Shown: positions 46,050 through 56,222 of the stretch, in pieces
Layout: the number at the start of each line of letters is the position of its first letter
How positions within the stretch are numbered: position 1 is the stretch's first letter
Source of the DNA: Candidatus Acidiferrales bacterium
Lineage (GTDB): Bacteria > Acidobacteriota > Terriglobia > Acidiferrales > UBA7541
Reading direction: 5' to 3'
Length of the DNA: 64,000 bases
NCBI GenBank assembly: GCA_049693615.1
Contig: JBAVQB010000034.1
Span: forward strand, 31,322-95,321
Translations under genes and position numbers: made by a program
The notes under the pieces: generated by a model
Database searches by the model: none
What the model saw: only the letters and a program-made list of their open reading frames with translations
What the model was told of the DNA's origin: nothing

Positions 46050-47840
46050 ATGCGAAAGCCTATGCGTCGTCTGCTCATCGGTCTGGTGATTCTGCTGATC
46101 TTGGTGCTGGTTAACTGCGGCACCACCACGAAGAAGACCATGCCGCCCGGGCAAGTCAGCGTGAGCGTCACGCCGACTACGGCCGATGTGCGAGCGGGAG
46201 CTACGCACAACTTCGCTGCTACCGTCACTGGAACGACAAATCAAAATGTAAATTGGTCGGTGAATTCTATAGCGGGAGGCAATTCGAGCTTCGGGACCAT
46301 CAGCGCGTCCGGCGCTTACACCGCGCCGGCGAGTTTGCCGAATCCAAACACGATCACCGTAAGCGCGGTATCCACGGTGGATTCCACCGCGAGCGGCGCC
46401 AGTTCTGTCACTCTGTGGAATCCTACGCCAACGATTAGCGACGTAAGCCCGGCCACCTTTGCCGCCGGTGCTTACACGCTCAACGTAACTGGCACAAATT
46501 TCGTGAACGGGGCGCAAGTCTTGTTTGGCGGGGCGTCGGCGACTACCACGTTCGTCTCATCCACGCAGCTTACTGCAACTGCCACCGCGTCCACGGCGGG
46601 AACTTTCGGCGTAACCGTCAGCAATCCGAACCCGGGCAGCAGCACATCCGCAGCGTTCAACGTCACGGTAACTTCTTCTAGCAACAATCCGCCACCGAGC
46701 GCGTGCAGCGGCATCAGCTTGGGAGTAAACGCCAGCCTCAACAGCTTTCTTCCCTTCCCAGCGGACAACGCCTGGAACCAAAATATCGCGAACGCCACGG
46801 TGGATCCGAATTCCGACGCGATCATAAATTTTGTTGGCCCCAGCAACCCCGTGCATCCCGATTTCGGTTCCGGCGAATACAACGGCTCGAATATCGGCAT
46901 TCCCTTCGTGGTAGTGGATTCGCAACAAGCGCCGGTCGTCATAAATTTCACCGCTTACGGAAGCGAGAGCGATCCAGGACCGATGCCCGTCCCTGCAAAC
47001 GCCCCGATCGAAGGCTATCCAAATCCGGGCAGCGGCGACCGTCACGTTCTCGTCATTGACAATAGCACTTGCTGGCTCTACGAGCTTTACAGCGCGTATC
47101 CGCAAAATGACGGGAGTTGGAACGCGGCTTCCGCAGCTGTTTGGGATTTAACCGCGGACGGGCAGCGCCCGGTCACCTGGACTTCCGCCGACGCCGCCGG
47201 ACTTTCCATCTTCGCGGGCCTCGCGCGTTACGACGAAGTTGCCAGCGGCGAAATAAAACATGCCCTGCGTTTCACTTTACAAAACAGCCGTGCCGCTTTC
47301 GTCCCGCCCGCGTCGCATTGGGCCGCGAATTCCACCAGCCAGTTCGCTGCTCCGATGGGCATGCGCTTGCGTCTGAAATCGAGCTTCGATATTTCCGGAT
47401 TTTCCGCCGCGAACCAGGTGATTCTTACCGCGCTGCAGCAATACGGCATGATCATGGCCGACAATGGTTCAAACATGTACATCAGCGGCGCGCCCGACGA
47501 TCGTTGGAATAACGACGACCTGCATAACCTGGATCAAGTCACCGCCGCCGACTTCGAAGTGGTCACCATGAATCCGATTTACACGCAATCCAACTTGCCC
47601 GTCGGCGCTTCGCCGGTGATCAATAGCTTCACCGCCAGCGCGTCAACCGTTGCATCCGGCACGCCAGTCACGTTGCAATGGACCGCCACCGGCGCGTCGT
47701 ACTTCGATCTGACCCCGCAAATCGGCGCCATCCGCGGCAACAACGTTGTGGTGACGCCGTCGCAAACCACCACCTACACGTTGAACGCCACCAACGAATT
47801 CGGCCGCACAACGGTAACGGTCACCATAACAGTCCAATAG
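46050..47840 (+). CDS. Lipoprotein with Ig-like (Big_2/IPT-type) domains and a conserved uncharacterised C-terminal domain
   Basis: Lipobox LVNCG. Ig-like segments are VSVTPTTADVRAGATHNFAATVTG.NQNVNWSV and PTISDVSPATFAAGAYTLNVTGTNF. The central domain has GDRHVLVIDNSTCWLYELY and TSADAAGLSIFAGLARYDEV..HALRFT. A final Ig-like domain follows. Confidence 0.65.
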   Translation: MRKPMRRLLIGLVILLILVLVNCGTTTKKTMPPGQVSVSVTPTTADVRAGATHNFAATVTGTTNQNVNWSVNSIAGGNSSFGTISASGAYTAPASLPNPNTITVSAVSTVDSTASGASSVTLWNPTPTISDVSPATFAAGAYTLNVTGTNFVNGAQVLFGGASATTTFVSSTQLTATATASTAGTFGVTVSNPNPGSSTSAAFNVTVTSSSNNPPPSACSGISLGVNASLNSFLPFPADNAWNQNIANATVDPNSDAIINFVGPSNPVHPDFGSGEYNGSNIGIPFVVVDSQQAPVVINFTAYGSESDPGPMPVPANAPIEGYPNPGSGDRHVLVIDNSTCWLYELYSAYPQNDGSWNAASAAVWDLTADGQRPVTWTSADAAGLSIFAGLARYDEVASGEIKHALRFTLQNSRAAFVPPASHWAANSTSQFAAPMGMRLRLKSSFDISGFSAANQVILTALQQYGMIMADNGSNMYISGAPDDRWNNDDLHNLDQVTAADFEVVTMNPIYTQSNLPVGASPVINSFTASASTVASGTPVTLQWTATGASYFDLTPQIGAIRGNNVVVTPSQTTTYTLNATNEFGRTTVTVTITVQ

Positions 47841-47997
47841 CTACCGGTGTCGCGCCCTTGAATTTGTAGCAGCTACCTCAGTCGTGTTTTTGCTCGCGCT
47901 GCAATTGGTGACGGCGCTCAGAAACATCCGTCACACCAACCTCGCTGTCCGAGAGCTGCAATGTATACTCGGGTACGAATCCTTGAAAGGCAACGCG

Positions 47998-49116
47998 ATG
48001 AAAACTTCTACTATTTTCCATCTGAAAGTCGCCAGCGCCGGAAAGTTCGCTCTACGTCTGCTCCTCACCATTGCTTTCACCGCTGCCGTTTCAATCCAAT
48101 CCTATGGTCAAACTCGACTAGCGACGCAGAGGAGTGATCAAGAACAACCTTCGAACGCTGACGGAAGGGATCCAAGACCAGAGGACGCCACGCACGCCAT
48201 TCTCGCCGCGTTTAATAAGTACGAGGTCGTTGCGATGGACGCGGCGCACGGTAACAGAGACCTTGACGATTTTATCCTCCACCTCGTCCGCGATCCTGCC
48301 TTCCCAACTAAAGTGAACGATATCGTGGTTGAATGTGGCAACTCTCTATATCAGCCCATTCTGGACCGCTACATAGCCGGCGAAGACGTCCCGCTGCCAC
48401 AGGCGCGACAAGCTTGGCGCAACACTACGCAACTGATGTGTAGCGTCTCGGGATTTTACGAGACACTGTTTCCGTTGGTGCGCAGGATCAATCAGAAACT
48501 TTCGCCAGAATGGAGACTCCGCGTTTTGGCAGCAGATCCCCCTATTGACTGGAGCAAAGTTAGCGACAAATCCGATACCATTTTGGACCGCGATGGTAGC
48601 ATTGCCTCCGTAATGGAAAAGGAAGTGCTCTCCAAGCATCGCAGGGCGCTCATGCTCTTTGGCACGTTCCATCTTTTTCACAGCAACAGCAGCTCGCCTG
48701 TAAAATTGGAGACTGCTGTAGAGCGATACGAGAAACACTATCCTGGAGTGACCCTGGTGATTGCGGACCAAATCGTTTTTTACAACCCGGCCGATTTAGC
48801 AAAGTTCAACGGCCGAGAGTTGGAAGCGCGAATGGCCTCCTGGCCGGTTCCATCGGTCGTGCAAAACCTCAAAGGCACTTGGCTGGCAGACATGAACAAG
48901 ACTTACTTTTCGGAGATGGCAGATGCTTATCTGTATCTTGGTCCCAGCGACTTGCTGCTAGCTGAACCAAGACCGGCCGAAATTCTCTTCGACAAGGAAT
49001 ACATGGCAGAGCTTCAGCGCAGGGCGGAGATAATTGGAGTGGAGCCGCTGAAAGACCTCGTTAACCCCAATACCCTGTCAGACAATAATTTCAGCCCGTT
49101 CCTGGGCAACCCTTAA
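47998..49116 (+). CDS. Hypothetical secreted protein
   Basis: ORF 47884..49116. ATG 47998 gives a signal-like MKTSTIFHLKVASAGKFALRLLLTIAFTAAVSIQSYG. No confident family call. Confidence 0.55.
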   Translation: MKTSTIFHLKVASAGKFALRLLLTIAFTAAVSIQSYGQTRLATQRSDQEQPSNADGRDPRPEDATHAILAAFNKYEVVAMDAAHGNRDLDDFILHLVRDPAFPTKVNDIVVECGNSLYQPILDRYIAGEDVPLPQARQAWRNTTQLMCSVSGFYETLFPLVRRINQKLSPEWRLRVLAADPPIDWSKVSDKSDTILDRDGSIASVMEKEVLSKHRRALMLFGTFHLFHSNSSSPVKLETAVERYEKHYPGVTLVIADQIVFYNPADLAKFNGRELEARMASWPVPSVVQNLKGTWLADMNKTYFSEMADAYLYLGPSDLLLAEPRPAEILFDKEYMAELQRRAEIIGVEPLKDLVNPNTLSDNNFSPFLGNP

Positions 49117-49264
49117 AGCGCAAATTATGATCCTTTGCATACCAACACGAGGGAATTTGCTAGTGAGCTAAAGCCCTCGTCCGACTCCCGGAACACGAAA
49201 TCGATGGGCCTGGAATCGGACAACCAGAAGCATTGTAAAGACAAACTCTTCGTTTCAAAAAGGA

Positions 49265-49639
49265 TTAAGACCCTGCGGATTGAGCGGTCGCACCAAAACT
49301 AGCCAGCGCTTCGGCCTCGGTTTCAAACGTGGGAATGGAACTTAGCAAGCGCATGACCCTTAGCACTTCGCGGACGCGGGCGCTCGGGCGCGATAACTTC
49401 AAGCCGCCGCCCTCGCGCGCGAGCGAAACATACGTCCCAACAATGGCCGCGATCCCGGAGCTATCCATCATGGTGACTTTGGCTAGATTTACCAAAATCC
49501 GAAGCGTTCCGTGCGCCACCAACTTTCGCAATTCGTGATCCAACTTGTCGGTGTTTGCTCCGATGGTTGCGCGCCCCTGGAGATCTAAAATGGTGACGTC
49601 GCTAACCACGCGCTTAGAAATTTCCAGCCCGATGCTCAT
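49265..49639 (-). CDS. STAS domain protein (SpoIIAA-like anti-sigma-factor antagonist)
   Basis: VTILDLQGRATIG..LRILVNLAKVTMMDSSGIAAIV..GGGLKLSRPSARVREVLRV, with the conserved DSSG phospho-Ser context. Confidence 0.75.
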   Translation of the reverse strand: MSIGLEISKRVVSDVTILDLQGRATIGANTDKLDHELRKLVAHGTLRILVNLAKVTMMDSSGIAAIVGTYVSLAREGGGLKLSRPSARVREVLRVMRLLSSIPTFETEAEALASFGATAQSAGS

Positions 49640-50098
49640 GCCAACATCATCTCATTCGGGCGGCGTTAAACAAAGTTCGTCAGGGATTTGCGACGGATAC
49701 CGGAGATTGATCCTAGCCCGCGTCGCATAGCTCGCAAAGAAGCCGGGCTAAGCCATTCATCTCCAGGTCAGTGCACGATGTTGATGGCGACCGCGGGGGT
49801 GACGGTCATCGGAGTGTTGTGACCGCCGGGAATCACGCGCGTGCCGACGATCACGCCGATCGTAGATTTCCAGCTGTACTCGATTGGTGGGGCAAATCCC
49901 GACGTCTCTGCCTATTTCAGGGCCGAGTGGCGCGCAAAACGCCGATAGCGTATTGATGAATCTGGGATCGCCCTGGCCTGGTCCTGGGCTGCGGCGGCAC
50001 TACTCCCCGCGCAAATCCGCGAAGGCGCCGGCATTCTCGCCAGGTGCGTATCCTAGGTATCCTTGCGGCTCAGGACGCCGTTCATGTAATCTCAGCTG

Positions 50099-50308
50099 AT
50101 GGCCATCCAGCAATTCCCGAAATTCCGAAATGAGGCGCACTGGAAGGCAGGGTTCATCTACTGGAATCCAAACGATCCTTCCATATTAGTTCCCAAGCGT
50201 TCCGGTCTCGGTTACACGTTGAACTTCGCAAGCAAGTGGGCCTGGTTGGCCGCGATCGGAATTGTAGCCGCAGTAGTGATTCCATATTTCTTCTTACGTC
50301 ATCACTAA
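50099..50308 (+). CDS. DUF5808-like small membrane protein
   Basis: WKAGFIYWNPNDPSILVPKRSGLGYTLNFASKWAW followed by a TM helix. Confidence 0.55.
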   Translation: MAIQQFPKFRNEAHWKAGFIYWNPNDPSILVPKRSGLGYTLNFASKWAWLAAIGIVAAVVIPYFFLRHH

Positions 50309-50347
50309 TCTCTTATTTCTTTGAATTCGAAGTTTTGACGCGCGGCC

Positions 50348-50764
50348 TCAGTGTATCGTTTGGATGAACGCGGTGATCTGCTTTTCCAGCGCTGCCACTC
50401 CCACTTCCATGATGTCGTAGTGGTCCGCGCCTGGGAAAATGTGCAACTGCTTCGGCTCGTTCGCTTTTTGAAACAAGGCCTGCGCCACGGCTGGCGGGGT
50501 CAAGCGGTCTTCGCTGCCCCCCAACATAAGAGCGGTGAGAGCACGGACTCTTAATAGAAGACCTCCGTCCGGATAAATTTGTTTGTATTCATGACGAAGC
50601 CGTTGATACTTTTCTGAGTACCACCAGCTCCAGCCAAACTGCTTATCCTGAGGAAGCCGTTCGTTCACCTTGTCGATTATCTCGAAGTTCGCGAATCCAG
50701 CGAGCAAGCCGCAAATCGAAAGACACAGCACTGCAAGAACTCCTACCATGACGCGGGCTGTCAT
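50348..50764 (-). CDS. Chimeric/truncated protein: N-terminal TM segment plus only the C-terminal ~60 aa of an alpha/beta hydrolase
   Basis: ALMLGGSEDRLTPPAVAQALFQKANEPKQLHIFPGADHYD resembles the hydrolase region around the catalytic His. No G.S.G nucleophile elbow is present anywhere in the 138 aa. Confidence 0.45.
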   Translation of the reverse strand: MTARVMVGVLAVLCLSICGLLAGFANFEIIDKVNERLPQDKQFGWSWWYSEKYQRLRHEYKQIYPDGGLLLRVRALTALMLGGSEDRLTPPAVAQALFQKANEPKQLHIFPGADHYDIMEVGVAALEKQITAFIQTIH

Positions 50765-50823
50765 CCTGTTCTTTTACAAAAATCACGCCGGGGTTGGCTA
50801 GCATTTCTTGTATTAATGTAGTT

Positions 50824-51969
50824 TTACGTCCAGATTAGCGAGCGGTCGATACTCGCAACACTCGTCCTGCCGGTCAGCGCCATGGCCATTTGAAATTCGC
50901 GCTGCAAAATGCGAAGCACCTGCGTTACTCCAGCCTCGCCCGCGGCGCCCAATCCATATATATAAGGACGGCCGATAAACACCGCATTAGCTCCCAGCGC
51001 CAGCGCCTTCAACACATCCGTCCCTCGGCGAATCCCCCCATCCACAAACACCGGCATTCGCCCTGCCACTTTTTCCACCACCTGCGGAAGAGCGTCAATT
51101 GTCGCAGGCAAAGTATCCAGGTTCCGCCCGCCGTGATTCGACACGATGATCCCCGCTACTCCACGCTTCACAGCTAGATCGGCGTCGTCAGGATTCAGCA
51201 CCCCTTTCAGCACCAGCGGAATCTTCGCGATCGACAGAAGCCAGTCGATTTCTTTCCAGCTCATCGACGCATCCAGCACGCTCTTGAAAACATCCTGCGA
51301 ACCCGTGTGCAGGCTGACGTCTCCGCCCGGTACCTTGAACTTTTCAAAGTTGGGAATCGGTAGCAACTTTACGGCGGCCCGCGCCTCGCGATTGCGCGCG
51401 CCGGTGGTGGCCGTATCTACGGTAAGGCAAAGCGCTCGATATCCCGCGGCTTCCGCGCGTTGCAGCAGTTCGCGCGTGAACCCGCGGTCCGTCTGCGCGT
51501 ACAACTGAAACAACAACGGGGTTTTCGCCACCGCGGCTACATCTTCCAGGCTCGTATTCGCAAACGAGCTGACCACCATGGTCGCGCCCGCCGCGCTCGC
51601 GCCCCGTGCCGACGCCAACTCTCCCTCCGGATGCATCAGCTTCTGCGCCGCCACCGGCGCCAGCAAAATGGGAAACGCATGCTCCTGTCCAAATAAATTT
51701 ACGCGCGTGTCCAGCTTCGAAACGTCCACCAAAATCCGCGGCTTCAGACGAATCCGCCGATACGCCTCCTCATTCCAGCGCACCGTAATTTCGTCGCCCG
51801 CGCCCGCGCACAAATATTCCCAACTCTGCGCCGCCATCTTGGCCTTCGCGAGCGGCTCAAAATCCGCCAAACAGATGCACTCGGTCCCGCCCGCCGCCAC
51901 CGCGGCCGAGCCAGACGCAACAATTGCCTTAGAGTTCGTTTTCGAATTCTTATTCAAATCTTTTGTCAT
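50824..51969 (-). CDS. FMN-dependent alpha-hydroxy-acid oxidase/dehydrogenase (LldD / glycolate oxidase family)
   Basis: VSNHGGRNLD, FVDGGIRRGTDVLKALALGA and an N-terminal substrate-binding YL..GA block. Confidence 0.85.
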   Translation of the reverse strand: MTKDLNKNSKTNSKAIVASGSAAVAAGGTECICLADFEPLAKAKMAAQSWEYLCAGAGDEITVRWNEEAYRRIRLKPRILVDVSKLDTRVNLFGQEHAFPILLAPVAAQKLMHPEGELASARGASAAGATMVVSSFANTSLEDVAAVAKTPLLFQLYAQTDRGFTRELLQRAEAAGYRALCLTVDTATTGARNREARAAVKLLPIPNFEKFKVPGGDVSLHTGSQDVFKSVLDASMSWKEIDWLLSIAKIPLVLKGVLNPDDADLAVKRGVAGIIVSNHGGRNLDTLPATIDALPQVVEKVAGRMPVFVDGGIRRGTDVLKALALGANAVFIGRPYIYGLGAAGEAGVTQVLRILQREFQMAMALTGRTSVASIDRSLIWT

Positions 51970-52329
51970 AGTCTAAATGTAACACTCATAAATCGAACGC
52001 AAGACCTTTGTCGTAACCGCAGCAAACTACACGGCCCGGCCGCCGAACACAATTCATTTTACCGCGACAAATATTGCTTCTCTCCATACGTAAGAATGCC
52101 TTCGTCGACTTTAGTTTCGCTTGACAGCGCGATTCTTACGGCGCAAACTTCGCCCGATTACTCGGCGCCGGGACTCCCCGAGCGGCCGACAGTGACCCGG
52201 GCCCCGTTTTTTCCCAACAATTTAGGACCACTTTTTGATTTCACTCGGCATCAGTGCGCCGGGTGTTTGCACGCGTGCCTGTTCAAATTCGGATTAGTGC
52301 CACTACGCTCACTTGAGAGGAGAAACTCC

Positions 52330-53910
52330 ATGAAAAAATTCGTGATGTCACTTGCCATCGCTCTGCTGGTGATCAACAGCCAAGCCTCGCCCACATTCAC
52401 AATGGGGTATCCACCGCCGGGAGGTGTAACTCTGGGTCAATTTGGCAACGGCGCCGGTAGCGCGAACGGACAAACCTTTACTTACGCAGGATTCAACAGC
52501 TCCGATTATTCCCAGCTTTACTGGGGGCTGAATACCGTCGCGAACGTCGCCGAAAGCGCCGTAAGCTCCACGAACATGGTTTTTTCCGGTTACAACGCTT
52601 CCACCGGGATCGCCACGTGGGTTTCCACCGCCGATTGGACTTTCACCGATCCGGCGAACGGCGGCTCCATTGTGGACACTGCCACTCAATTACTCGTGCA
52701 AATTCAACCGCTCTCGAATACCAATCCAGGTTTTCTCGGCTCGGGGTTTATCGCCCCCACCACTACCAAGGGCGCTCTCGGCATTTCCGGGAATCCTTCC
52801 GAGCCGCTGTATCAGGTCACCGGCCCGTATCAGGTAACCTTCGAGTTTCAAACTTCCGGCGGAGTGGACATCTTTGATTTTAACGCCGCAAACAACGGGG
52901 GGCCCGGCGTATACACTTCTGTGGACTTCGAATTCTGGTGGAGCTCGAACATTGTCCACACCAATGCGAAAACAGTTCAAGTAGGCGGCTGCAAAACCAA
53001 TCTCGTAAACTTTCCCAACATCTCCACCGCACTCGCCTCCGTTTCAGCTAACTCTACGATTGAAGTCTGCCCCGGAACCTATCCCGAGCAATTAACCATC
53101 ACGCAACCCGTGAAGCTTGAAGGAATCATCAGCGGCGACGCAGACGCTGCAGTCATTACCGTTCCGGGTGGCGGTCTCGCGCAGAACGGAACCTCTGCGG
53201 CCGAAGGACCCATCGCCGCGCAAGTCGATATACAGAATGCCGGCGGTTCGGTAACCATTACCAACATAATTGTCGACGGAACCAACGGCACATGTAACAC
53301 CTCTGGAGATCCTTCTTACGGAATTGCTTTCGAGGGCTCGGGCGGGACCATCACAGATTCCGCCGTTCGAAACGTCACGAATTCCACCTGCAATTCCCTT
53401 CCTGGGGGAGCAATTGATGTGGAAGGCGCGTCCGTGAAACTGACGCTGAATAGCATTCACAATTTCAGCGATGTCGGTATCAACGTGAATGCGGGGGCTA
53501 TCACTGCGGGCTCCAATTTAATTAATAGCGGCGGCACTGGAATTCAGGTGGCCAGTGGAACGGGCTTGTCCATCTCGAACAATACCATCTCAGGCATGAA
53601 CAATGCCGGTGTCGCCATGGACGCCACTACCACCAGCAAAATCCTGTCCAACAAGATTACTGGTGGTTCATACGGCGTGCAACTTACCGCCAATGCCGGT
53701 CCGAGCACGGGAAACTCAGTTCAATCCAACAACATTACCGGCACCACAACAGCCGCGGTGTCGATCAACGATAACGGAAGTTCAGGAGGAAATGGCGTCA
53801 CCGGCAACACGATCCTCGACGGCAACTGTGGCATCTCCCAAGGAAACGCAATCGGCGATACGCTAACGCCAAACGCTATATCGGCGGTCGTCTCTACTAC
53901 CTGCCCTTAA
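52330..53910 (+). CDS. Secreted right-handed parallel beta-helix (PbH1) repeat protein
   Basis: GAGAGGAG SD before ATG 52330 and signal MKKFVMSLAIALLVINSQA. The C-terminal half has repeated N.I.G / I.N..I.G turns (ISNNTISGMNNAGVAM, LSNKITGGSYGVQL, VQSNNITGTTTAAVSI, VTGNTILDGNCGI). Confidence 0.65.
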   Translation: MKKFVMSLAIALLVINSQASPTFTMGYPPPGGVTLGQFGNGAGSANGQTFTYAGFNSSDYSQLYWGLNTVANVAESAVSSTNMVFSGYNASTGIATWVSTADWTFTDPANGGSIVDTATQLLVQIQPLSNTNPGFLGSGFIAPTTTKGALGISGNPSEPLYQVTGPYQVTFEFQTSGGVDIFDFNAANNGGPGVYTSVDFEFWWSSNIVHTNAKTVQVGGCKTNLVNFPNISTALASVSANSTIEVCPGTYPEQLTITQPVKLEGIISGDADAAVITVPGGGLAQNGTSAAEGPIAAQVDIQNAGGSVTITNIIVDGTNGTCNTSGDPSYGIAFEGSGGTITDSAVRNVTNSTCNSLPGGAIDVEGASVKLTLNSIHNFSDVGINVNAGAITAGSNLINSGGTGIQVASGTGLSISNNTISGMNNAGVAMDATTTSKILSNKITGGSYGVQLTANAGPSTGNSVQSNNITGTTTAAVSINDNGSSGGNGVTGNTILDGNCGISQGNAIGDTLTPNAISAVVSTTCP

Positions 53911-53939
53911 CAGAACATCGAATGATCGCGCCACCGGGT

Positions 53940-53972
53940 GGAGGCAGACCAAAAATCTGCCTCCTTCTTTCC
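53940..53972 (+). terminator. Rho-independent terminator
   Basis: GGAGGCAGA (53940-53948), loop CCAAAAA, TCTGCCTCC (53956-53964), then TTCTTTCC. Confidence 0.7.
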
Positions 53973-54306
53973 CCAACTTGGGGGAACCGCTTCTACGCTT
54001 CGTCGTAGGTTTTGATGTACCGCCGTCGCCTTGAGCCGGTATCTTGCCCAGCCCTCTAAGCCCTTTTCCACAGAATGTGCGCTTTCTTCGCTTGGAAAGA
54101 ACGTGTATCCCGAGCATCCAAATTAGCAGAACAACAGGTGCCAATACGCTGCCTTCGTTCGGCGTTAGAATAAGCGAGCCTGGAAACGCGAGCTGGCACG
54201 GCAGAGTCCGCGAATGGAGGCAGTGACGTGAACTCATTTCGTTCCAGGCTTAGTTATCTGGTCCGCCAGCGAAGTTTCCGAGTCGCGCTGTTTCTTTGGG
54301 TGCTGA

Positions 54307-55275
54307 TCAGCGTGGCGGCAGTTGTGCTGTGTCATGATATTGCGCGTCGCGGTATTTCAAGCTGAATACGATTGCCACTATGGCCAAGACGAGCGGGCAA
54401 AAGATGCTGGCCTCAGGCCCGACCGTTCCGCCGGTCAGCCAGCGCGGCCCACTAAACGATGCGTTGAGAAGATTCTGGGAGGGTAGTAAGCCGCTATTTG
54501 GAACACCGTACAAGAACGTCTGACCCCAGTCGTATCCCAGGTGAAAGCCTACCGCACACCATAAATTTCCAGTGCGGCGGAGAAACAGGCACAACAACAA
54601 GCCGAAGGCAACCACCGAGAGATCGCCCAGAACGGTTTCTCCGCCATTGGTGCCGTGAACCAGCCCGAATAAACCCGATAACAAAAATGCGGACGGCCAG
54701 AATCCCATGCCAGTGGTCAGCGTGAACTGCGGGTATCCGCGAAATAAAAATTCTTCGGCCAAGCCGGAAAGCAAAAATGCCAGCCCCCAGCCGGCCGCTG
54801 CGGTGAAAATCGCGGCGCCATGGATCGCCGCAGTTGTGAAGCGCACGCCGTGCAGGGCGAAAATTGCGAGCACCGTGGTGCTGGTCGCAAGCAAGCCTAT
54901 CAATATTCCAACCCAAAAGTTTTTCCTCAGTGCCTTGCTCCCGGGAAGGCCATATTGGCCCGGCTTGCGGTGTTCCATCTTGCTCATGATCCAGGCCGCA
55001 ACCGCCAAGATGAAGCAGACAAGAAGATCCGGCGCGATGATTCTCATAGGTGTTAATTGCACCGGGTCCAGCGCGGCCGGGTAGAAGCGCTTAATGATGA
55101 TTCGCGCTACGGTCGACATTGCCATTATGATCGCTATGAAAATTAGCAGGCGCCATCCCGCGCGTATTCCATTCGGACCGCGAAAAATATTTGTGCCGTT
55201 TAAGCGCAACGGCCGCGCCGCACCCGGTTCCTTCGCAAGCAACCCAGGATCCGGCATCCCTGATTCCATAGGCAT
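54307..55275 (-). CDS. CPBP family intramembrane glutamic endopeptidase
   Basis: AEEFLFRGY, FGLVHG and HLGYDW in a multi-TM protein. Confidence 0.75.
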   Translation of the reverse strand: MPMESGMPDPGLLAKEPGAARPLRLNGTNIFRGPNGIRAGWRLLIFIAIIMAMSTVARIIIKRFYPAALDPVQLTPMRIIAPDLLVCFILAVAAWIMSKMEHRKPGQYGLPGSKALRKNFWVGILIGLLATSTTVLAIFALHGVRFTTAAIHGAAIFTAAAGWGLAFLLSGLAEEFLFRGYPQFTLTTGMGFWPSAFLLSGLFGLVHGTNGGETVLGDLSVVAFGLLLCLFLRRTGNLWCAVGFHLGYDWGQTFLYGVPNSGLLPSQNLLNASFSGPRWLTGGTVGPEASIFCPLVLAIVAIVFSLKYRDAQYHDTAQLPPR

Positions 55276-55445
55276 ACTTGTTCTCCCTCTCTTCTATACG
55301 CGCACAATGCCCGATAGGTTCAAACGCCGCGTCGCGCGACACGCCGACTGCAAGGAAACGAGCCTCTAGAAATTTGACAGACAATGCGCCAGAAGCCTAA
55401 ACTCCGTCACTTCGATTCCAACATTCTGCTTCCGAAGGAAGAACT

Positions 55446-56222
55446 ATGACCACGGAACTTCAAGGCAAGATTGCCCTCATTACCGGCGGCACCTCCGGCA
55501 TCGGACGCGACTCCGCCGTTCTATTCGCGAAGGCCGGCGCAAAAGTTGTGATCGCAGGCCGCCGTGAAACAGAAGGAAACGAAACCATCGATAAGGTCCG
55601 TGCCGCCGGCGGCCAAGGCTTTTTCGTCAAAGCGGACGTCTCCAAAGCTTCAGACGTCGAAGTCCTGGTTCAAAAAACCGTGGAAAAATTCGGCCGCCTC
55701 GACCTTGCCTTCAACAACGCCGGCATCGAAGGCGTGTGGGTTCCCCTCGTCCAACAAACGGAAGAGGACTGGGACAGCGTTATCGACATCAACGTCAAAG
55801 GCGTTTGGCTCTGTCTGAAATACGAAATTCGCCAGATGCTCAAGCAAGGTGGCGGCGGAGCAATCGTCAACATGTCGTCCATCGCGGGGCTGATCGGAAA
55901 TCCCGGATCAGCCCACTACTGCGCCAGCAAACATGCCGTGATTGGACTCACCAAGACCGCTGCACTCGAATACGCTCGAAGCGGCATTCGTGTGAATGCA
56001 GTCTGTCCCGCAGTGATCAAAACGGCCATGGCCGAGCGCGCTTTCGCCGACCCGCAGATCAACAAGTTCGTGCTGTCCCTCCATCCGCTCGGCCGTTTCG
56101 GCCAGCCAACGGAAATTGCCGAAGCCGTCGTCTGGATGCTCTCCGACCGCGCGTCTTTCATGACCGGCCAGTCACTCGTCCTCGACGGAGGCTTCCTAGC
56201 CGGCCCCAACCCGCCGGCCTAG
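55446..56222 (+). CDS. SDR family oxidoreductase
   Basis: TGGTSGIGR, NNAG and the S...YCASK catalytic motif. Confidence 0.9.
   Translation: MTTELQGKIALITGGTSGIGRDSAVLFAKAGAKVVIAGRRETEGNETIDKVRAAGGQGFFVKADVSKASDVEVLVQKTVEKFGRLDLAFNNAGIEGVWVPLVQQTEEDWDSVIDINVKGVWLCLKYEIRQMLKQGGGGAIVNMSSIAGLIGNPGSAHYCASKHAVIGLTKTAALEYARSGIRVNAVCPAVIKTAMAERAFADPQINKFVLSLHPLGRFGQPTEIAEAVVWMLSDRASFMTGQSLVLDGGFLAGPNPPA

Noticed and set aside
49771-50090. Protein-like frame fragments on the minus strand (for example ..APPIEYSWKSTIGVIVGTRVIPGGHNTPMTVTPAVAINIVH*), suggestive of a decayed gene
   Set aside because: The frame is interrupted by an in-frame TAG and apparent frameshifts. There is no start codon and I could not assign a family. 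It may be a pseudogene, but it cannot be supported without a homology search.
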